35,808 bases of DNA from contig CALVPN010000003.1 of assembly GCA_944351375.1 (NCBI GenBank), forward strand, positions 1-35,808, written 5' to 3'. The notes under the pieces are model-generated. The model was not told the origin of the DNA, ran no database searches, and worked only from the letters and a program-made list of their open reading frames with translations. The stretch's first letter is position 1, and each line of letters begins with the position of its first letter. Source of the DNA: an uncultured Bacilli bacterium. GTDB lineage: Bacteria; Bacillota_I; Bacilli_A; RF39; UBA660. Of the stretch, positions 30,017-35,808 are shown one piece after another. The position numbers and the translations under genes were made by a program.

Positions 30017-31402
30017 CTATATTTTCTCTATAGTAGTACCTTCTCTACTATCTATTAATCTAAAACCAATACTTTCTAAATAATCACGAATCCTATCAGC
30101 TTCATTATAATCTTTATTTTTCTTGGCTTCATTTCTCTTTTCTATTAATTTAACTATTCTCTGATCAATATCTATTATATCATCTTTTAGCAAATCTAAA
30201 CTTAAAACTTTATCAAATTCCATAACTAACTGTTTTTTAGTCTTATCACTAGTATCAAGTTTCAACACTTCATAAAGAACTGTTAAAGCCATCGCTGTAT
30301 TCATATCATCTGATAAAGCATCTTTAAATTTATCTAAATAAGTATTAATTATTTCCTCATCAAGTTCACCTTCATCTTTAAGTAGCGATACTCTATTCTT
30401 AAGTTTCTTATAAGCATTCTCTGCTTGTCCTAAAGCTTCATAAGTAAAGAGTAATGGTTTACGATAATGAGACTCTAAACACATATAACGATAACTTAAA
30501 GGATTATAACCTTCTTTTTCTAAAGTACTAACAGTAAGTATATCTCCTTTAGATTTACTCATCTTACCACTTTTATCATTTAAATGTTCTCCATGTACCC
30601 AATAATTACACCATTTATGATCTAAATAAGCTTCACTCTGAGCGATTTCATTAGTATGATGTGGAAAGATATTATCAACACCACCACAGTGTATATCAAG
30701 ATGTTCTCCTAAATTTTTAATAGCAATACAAGAACACTCTATATGCCAACCAGGATAACCCACACCAAAAGGACTATCCCATTTTAACTCTTGTGAATCA
30801 AACTTAGACTTAGTAAACCATAAAACAAAGTCAGCTTGATTTTTCTTATTACTATCAAACTCCACACCTTCACGAACCCCCACTACCATATCATCAATTT
30901 TATGATTAGTTAAAATATAGTAATCATTAAGTTTAGATGTATCAAAATAAACATTACCACCTGCTTTATAAGCATAACCTTCATCAAGTAATTTCTCTAT
31001 CATCTTTATATAAGAATCTATATTACTAGTAGCAGGACTAACAATACTAGGCCACTTAATATTAAGTTTCTCTGTATCTTTTTTAAACTCATCAGTGTAA
31101 AACTTAGCGATATCTAATACTGATTTGTGTTCTCTTTTCGCACTTTTAAGCATTTTATCATCACCACTATCAGAATCACTTGACAAATGCCCAACATCAG
31201 TAATATTCATACAACGTTTAACATTATATCCTAACATATTTAAAGTTTTCTCTAATATATCTTCCATTATATAAGTCCTTAAATTACCAATATGAGCATA
31301 ATGATAAACAGTAGGACCACAAGTATACATCTTAACTTCATTTTTATCTATTGGCACAAACTCTTCTACACTTCTTGTAAGAGTATTATATAATTTCATC
31401 AT
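30017..31402 (-). CDS. cysS: Cysteine--tRNA ligase
   Basis: MYTCGPTVY, HIGN, NITDVGH, PGWHIECS, FPHHTNEIAQ, KMSKS, ADRIRD. Confidence 0.98.
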   Translation of the reverse strand: MMKLYNTLTRSVEEFVPIDKNEVKMYTCGPTVYHYAHIGNLRTYIMEDILEKTLNMLGYNVKRCMNITDVGHLSSDSDSGDDKMLKSAKREHKSVLDIAKFYTDEFKKDTEKLNIKWPSIVSPATSNIDSYIKMIEKLLDEGYAYKAGGNVYFDTSKLNDYYILTNHKIDDMVVGVREGVEFDSNKKNQADFVLWFTKSKFDSQELKWDSPFGVGYPGWHIECSCIAIKNLGEHLDIHCGGVDNIFPHHTNEIAQSEAYLDHKWCNYWVHGEHLNDKSGKMSKSKGDILTVSTLEKEGYNPLSYRYMCLESHYRKPLLFTYEALGQAENAYKKLKNRVSLLKDEGELDEEIINTYLDKFKDALSDDMNTAMALTVLYEVLKLDTSDKTKKQLVMEFDKVLSLDLLKDDIIDIDQRIVKLIEKRNEAKKNKDYNEADRIRDYLESIGFRLIDSREGTTIEKI

Positions 31403-31454
31403 ATCACTTCTTTCTAATTATATATATTATTTTTCTATGTTATATGTGAACTAA

Positions 31455-32138
31455 TTATTTATATAGTCTTTTACTTTTTTGTAAAACAATTCTATTGTCT
31501 TCGTCTATAACTTTAAAGTATCCTTCTCTTCTTATTTTTCTATTCAAAACCAAGTCAATTTCTTTACTTCTATTAGTATTTTTATTAATAATCTCTTTAT
31601 GATACTCTGGAATATCACAAGGCATAGGACAATCTAAAACCATTTCAATATCTTCTTTAGTAAAACTACGACCATAAAAAGAAATTGAATCATCTATAGA
31701 TTCATAATGTAAACTATAGATTTTAGAAAAATTATTAGGATAAATTACAATACTACCACAATCAATAAAAATACAGGCTTTATCACTATCTTTATCATCA
31801 GTATAATCAATATTGTAAAGAAAGCTATCTTCTAATGTTTCTTTAGCCAAACTATTAAATTTTTCTTCATCAGTTATTTTTAAAAGGCCATCAGAACAAT
31901 AATCTCCATTTTTACGATTAACAAAAGTTCCAATAAGCTCATTTCTTAATAAACTCAAAGGAAACATTCCTTTATAAATATAATTATAGCCAAGAGTATA
32001 ACCGAAAACATCAAAAGACAAAGCAGAAAAACCTTTATCCAACTCCGAATATTCCTGTAATTTCTGCAAATTTTTCTCAATTCTCCTATATTCATCTCTT
32101 AAGCCAAATACTACTTCTCTTATTTTATAATTATCCAT
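31455..32138 (-). CDS. Hypothetical protein
   Basis: 227-aa ORF with an AAGGAAAGTGA SD and a basic C-terminal tail; no family recognised. Confidence 0.75.
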   Translation of the reverse strand: MDNYKIREVVFGLRDEYRRIEKNLQKLQEYSELDKGFSALSFDVFGYTLGYNYIYKGMFPLSLLRNELIGTFVNRKNGDYCSDGLLKITDEEKFNSLAKETLEDSFLYNIDYTDDKDSDKACIFIDCGSIVIYPNNFSKIYSLHYESIDDSISFYGRSFTKEDIEMVLDCPMPCDIPEYHKEIINKNTNRSKEIDLVLNRKIRREGYFKVIDEDNRIVLQKSKRLYK

Positions 32139-32159
32139 ACTTTTTCACTTTCCTTTTAA

Positions 32160-32513
32160 TTAATCTACATATTTATGTTGCTCACTAGTCCAAGCAGGAG
32201 TACAAGGTACACATGCCTCAAACTCTCCTTCAAAAGCATAACACTCATTTTTATCAAGTAAAATAACGTCACCACTTTTAAACTTTATCTTTTCTTCCTT
32301 GCCTTTAACTTCTAAAATACCACTACCAGCCATGATATAAAGTAGTTCTTTACAAGCAGTATTAGTTTGATAACCTACTTTAGGACTTCTTCCATTTATT
32401 TTAATAACAGCAACATTAATATCGGCATCAGTCATAGGATAATCCATACCAGAATAGCCATCCCCACTATAAAACTCTGCCTTTTCTTTACTTACATAAA
32501 TAATAATAAACAT
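32160..32513 (-). CDS. Cupin-domain protein
   Basis: GR.P...N..CKELLYIMAGSG and GDVILLDKNECYAF...CTPAWTSEQH. The exact start is doubtful because the SD abuts the ATG. Confidence 0.8.
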   Translation of the reverse strand: MFIIIYVSKEKAEFYSGDGYSGMDYPMTDADINVAVIKINGRSPKVGYQTNTACKELLYIMAGSGILEVKGKEEKIKFKSGDVILLDKNECYAFEGEFEACVPCTPAWTSEQHKYVD

Positions 32514-32529
32514 CTCCTTTCAAAAAATA

Positions 32530-33492
32530 TCATTCATTGTTTTCTATTAGTAATTTCATTTCTTTTAATTTTGTTTCTAATAATTTCTTATCAATAAGCT
32601 TTAATTTATATTCAGAAATTAAAGTTTGAGTCATATTTTTACTAAGTGAGTATTCTACAACATCTTTATCTTTAGAACTACAAAGAATAACTCCAACACT
32701 AGGATTTTCTTGTTCTTTTTTAACATCTCTATCTAATGCTTCTAAATATAAGTTCATTTTTCCTAAATATTCTGCTTTAAATTCTCCTAATTTCAATTCA
32801 AAAGCTACTAAACAAGATAACTCTCTATTGTAAAATAACAAATCTATAAAAAAGTCATGATTACCAACTTGAACTCTATACTCATCTCCAATAAAAGTAA
32901 AGTCTTTTCCTACTTCCAAAATAAAATCTTTTAAATTCTTAATAATAGCATTTTTTAAATCTTTTTCAGAAAATTCATTAGGTAAATCCAAAAATTCCAA
33001 ACTATAAGTATCTAAAATTCTTGTATTAGGATAATCTTCTTCATCAATAGTTTTTGTAACTGCTGGTAATTGTTTACCACTAGAAAGCATATACCTTTCA
33101 TAATAAGATGACGTAATCTGCCTATCTAATTCACGTTTAGAATAATTATTCTTTATAGATAATTGTAGATAAAAATGTCTTTCTTCTTTCGTTTTAGAAC
33201 CACTTAAAATAAGCAAATTATTTGTCCATGACAATTGCGTCACCAGTGGTGTCGCAATCTCATCATCTTTATACGTACTATAAAATTGAACCATTCGCTC
33301 TATATTTCTTTTAGTAAAACCACGTATATTAGGATAATTATTCTTCATAAATTCAGCAGCTTTTGTAATAATCTTATCACCATAGGCACTATTTTGTTTT
33401 AATTCATATAAAAATTTACCAACTTCTAAATATAATAAAATCATTTCTTCATTTACTTTTCTATATGCATTATTTTTTCTTTTTTCAATCAT
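32530..33492 (-). CDS. YhcG/DUF1016 PD-(D/E)xK nuclease-domain protein
   Basis: VN.E.I.LY.EVG, GFT.RNI.RM.QFY, LSWT, Y.LEFL.L, FIDLLFY...LVAFELK, ENPSVGVILC. The true start may lie about 11 codons upstream. Confidence 0.92.
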   Translation of the reverse strand: MIEKRKNNAYRKVNEEMILLYLEVGKFLYELKQNSAYGDKIITKAAEFMKNNYPNIRGFTKRNIERMVQFYSTYKDDEIATPLVTQLSWTNNLLILSGSKTKEERHFYLQLSIKNNYSKRELDRQITSSYYERYMLSSGKQLPAVTKTIDEEDYPNTRILDTYSLEFLDLPNEFSEKDLKNAIIKNLKDFILEVGKDFTFIGDEYRVQVGNHDFFIDLLFYNRELSCLVAFELKLGEFKAEYLGKMNLYLEALDRDVKKEQENPSVGVILCSSKDKDVVEYSLSKNMTQTLISEYKLKLIDKKLLETKLKEMKLLIENNE

Positions 33493-33665
33493 TTCAATTA
33501 TCTGGTTAAAATTAATATCTAAAATAATAACACCTCCTTTGCATTTACTTACCCATATTATATCTTATTATCATATCTTTTTCTATAATAAATAAGTCTA
33601 AATATATAATTTTATTTATAACATTACTATATTTTATAGTCTACTTTATTCTATACTAAACCTAA

Positions 33666-33695
33666 TGAGCCTCAAGACTTTAATCTTGAGGCTCA
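33666..33695. repeat. Perfect 12-bp inverted repeat overlapping the AAA gene stop; related to the 15953 palindrome
   Basis: TGAGCCTCAAGA-CTTTAA-TCTTGAGGCTCA. Confidence 0.85.
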
Positions 33696-34912
33696 CTATA
33701 ATTAATAACATTAGAAACAGGTATAATATAATTGTTTTCATCTAACTTAGTCAAAGTATCATAAAAACATATTATACCTCCAGTACCTATTTCTTTTTTA
33801 GTTTTCTCTAACTTCCTAAAACTCTTAATCATTTCTTTTTTAGGAATAGCAGCCTTTTTTATCTCTAAAGGATATAACTTATTATTCTTATAAAATATTA
33901 AGTCTATTTCATTTTTCTCTTTATCACGATAATAATAAAGATTAGGAGTAATTCCTCTAGCATTATATGCTTTAATTATTTCACTAACAATAAATGTTTC
34001 TAAAAAATGTCCTGAACTAGAGCCAAGCTGTAACTCTCTTGCACTAGTATATCCTGCTAAATAAGCAGCAAGACCTGTATCCATAAATACAATTTTAGGT
34101 AAATGGGTTATTCTTTTAAGTTCACTATTCATATAAGGTTCAAGTAAATAAACAAGTCCAGATATTACTAAAATACTTAGCCATCTAACTGCCGTAGGAA
34201 CACTAATTAAAGCATCATTAGCAAGTGCCGTATAATTAAGTTGTTCTCCTGTTCTTGAAGCCACACTCACAATAAATTTTCTAAAACTAAGTTCATTTCC
34301 TATCTCTGTCAATTCTTTAACATCACGAGAAATATAAGTATCAAGATAACTATTAAAATAAATATCTCGTGACATATCTTTCTCCATATAAAGTGTAGGC
34401 ATACCACCTTTAAATATTATCTCATATAATTTATTAACATCTATCTTAGGCATAATTTTATACTCATTTAATTTAGCAGGGTCAAACAATTCTTTCTTTT
34501 CATTTTTAACTATCTCAGAATACATAAAGCTATTTAAGTTAACAATACCAACACGACCTGCTAAAGACTCGCTAACATTTTTCATCAAATGAAATTGTTG
34601 TGAACCTGTTAACCAGTACATTCCATTTTTATTTTCTTTATCAACATTTATTTTTATATAAGAAAACAAATTAGGAGCATATTGCACTTCATCAATAAGC
34701 AAAGGAGCAGGATGTTCTTCTAAAAACAATTTAGGATCACTCTTTGCTTGCTCACGTAAAACTTCATCATCCAAAGTTATATATTCCATATTATCAGGCT
34801 TCAAACTTAGCAAAAGTGTTGTTTTACCAACTTGTCTAGGTCCAAAAACAAACAGTACTTTAAATGTCTTACTTACATTTTCTACTATTTCTTTTACTTC
34901 TCTAGAGTACAT
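33680..34912 (-). CDS. AAA+ ATPase (AAA_14) with a C-terminal DUF4143 domain
   Basis: GPRQVGKTT, LIDEVQY, LTGSQ, ESLAGR, GGMP, PKIVFMDTGL, EIDLI...PLEIK. ATG at 34912 preferred over GTG at 34921. Confidence 0.92.
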   Translation of the reverse strand: MYSREVKEIVENVSKTFKVLFVFGPRQVGKTTLLLSLKPDNMEYITLDDEVLREQAKSDPKLFLEEHPAPLLIDEVQYAPNLFSYIKINVDKENKNGMYWLTGSQQFHLMKNVSESLAGRVGIVNLNSFMYSEIVKNEKKELFDPAKLNEYKIMPKIDVNKLYEIIFKGGMPTLYMEKDMSRDIYFNSYLDTYISRDVKELTEIGNELSFRKFIVSVASRTGEQLNYTALANDALISVPTAVRWLSILVISGLVYLLEPYMNSELKRITHLPKIVFMDTGLAAYLAGYTSARELQLGSSSGHFLETFIVSEIIKAYNARGITPNLYYYRDKEKNEIDLIFYKNNKLYPLEIKKAAIPKKEMIKSFRKLEKTKKEIGTGGIICFYDTLTKLDENNYIIPVSNVINYSEPQD

Positions 34913-34983
34913 ATAAATCACTTCCTCTTACATTAATGATACAGCAGAATGTGAAGAAAGCCAATATTTATATATTAAATTAG

Positions 34984-35808
34984 TCAGACCGTTATCTCCT
35001 TCTTACCATTATACCAAGCATCAACAATAATAGGAGTAACTACTTCATCTATAACTTTATCAACTCTTCTCGCTCCAAATTTTTCATAATTGCTTTCTTT
35101 AATAACTTTATCCACAATTTCTTTAGATATCTTTATCTTTAAATCTTTCCTTTTAAATCCTTCTATTAACACATATAATCTTTTTTCCACAATCCTGTGT
35201 ATAACATCACGACTTATATCATTAAAATAATAAATCTTACCTATTCTATTAACAAATTCCACACCTAGAAAATCTTCTATATCTATATTATTTTTACTTT
35301 CAGTAAAACCAATAGAATCTTTAGAAAATCCTAAATTAGTAGTCATAAAAAGAAACACATTATCAAATCTTACCTTTCTACCTCGAGAATCAGTTAATAC
35401 CCCTTCATCAAGAACTTGTAAAAACAGTTTCATCACTTCCCCACTTGCTTTCTCTATCTCATCTAAAAGTATAACTGAGTGAGGATGCATTCTAATCGTA
35501 TCAAGAACAGTTAAATGATTATCAAAACCAACATAACCTGGAGGAGAACCGATAATCTTACTAACAGTATGTGCCTCTTTATATTCACTCATATCAAGCC
35601 TAATAAAGTTAGCATCTCCATATAAAAGATTAGCAAATTCTTTAACTAATAAAGTTTTACCAACACCCGTTCTTCCACAGAATAAAAAAGATTCTATATG
35701 AGGCTTATCTTGAAACCCAAGTCTAACCTTCTTAACTCTATTACACAAATCAGTAATAATTTCATCTTGTCCTAAAACTATCTTTTTTAAACTCTTATCT
35801 AAGTTATT
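34984..35808 (-). CDS. clpC: ATP-dependent Clp protease ATP-binding subunit (ClpC-like), 3' part; continues beyond the window
   Basis: Frame is open to the window end (VLGQDE). D2 motifs GRTGVGKT, RLDMSEY, GSPPGYVG, LDEIEKA, IGF loop and FGARR. Confidence 0.88.
   Translation of the reverse strand, partial: NNLDKSLKKIVLGQDEIITDLCNRVKKVRLGFQDKPHIESFLFCGRTGVGKTLLVKEFANLLYGDANFIRLDMSEYKEAHTVSKIIGSPPGYVGFDNHLTVLDTIRMHPHSVILLDEIEKASGEVMKLFLQVLDEGVLTDSRGRKVRFDNVFLFMTTNLGFSKDSIGFTESKNNIDIEDFLGVEFVNRIGKIYYFNDISRDVIHRIVEKRLYVLIEGFKRKDLKIKISKEIVDKVIKESNYEKFGARRVDKVIDEVVTPIIVDAWYNGKKEITV

Noticed and set aside
1-35808. CRISPR array, tRNA, rRNA, tmRNA, intact transposase or integrase
   Set aside because: Intergenic regions are short; no regularly spaced repeats, cloverleafs or such ORFs were seen by eye.

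Overview
This is an AT-rich chromosomal window from a reduced-genome Bacilli-type bacterium; gene content and style suggest the uncultured gut RF39/UBA660 group, which is an inference only. TGA serves as a stop codon, so the code is standard code 11. Almost all genes lie on the minus strand. Housekeeping blocks: eno-secG-rnr-smpB; murD divergent from a FemABX transferase; the str operon (rpsL-rpsG-fusA-tuf); clpP; an eroded uvrA-yvlD-lgt-trxB-yvcK-whiA cluster; cysS-(Zn peptidase)-mrnC-rlmB-sigH; and the 3' end of clpC. Between these blocks sit orphan genes, two pseudogenes missed by the ORF track (one a RelA/SpoT TGS-AH remnant), an AAA-DUF4143/YhcG/cupin insertion and two related IS200/IS605-like palindromes. 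Most notable observations: (1) EF-G has lost the G4 aspartate (NKMG) and gained an aspartate in G5 (DAL); (2) S12 has Ile at the near-invariant Pro90 position (E. coli numbering); (3) three genes have strong Shine-Dalgarno sites pointing at in-frame ATA/ATT codons rather than ATG; (4) one orphan resembles a membrane-anchored pseudokinase C-lobe and another has a degenerate Fic/Doc motif. No rRNA, tRNA, tmRNA or CRISPR array was recognised. All family assignments come from motifs recognised by eye; no searches were run.
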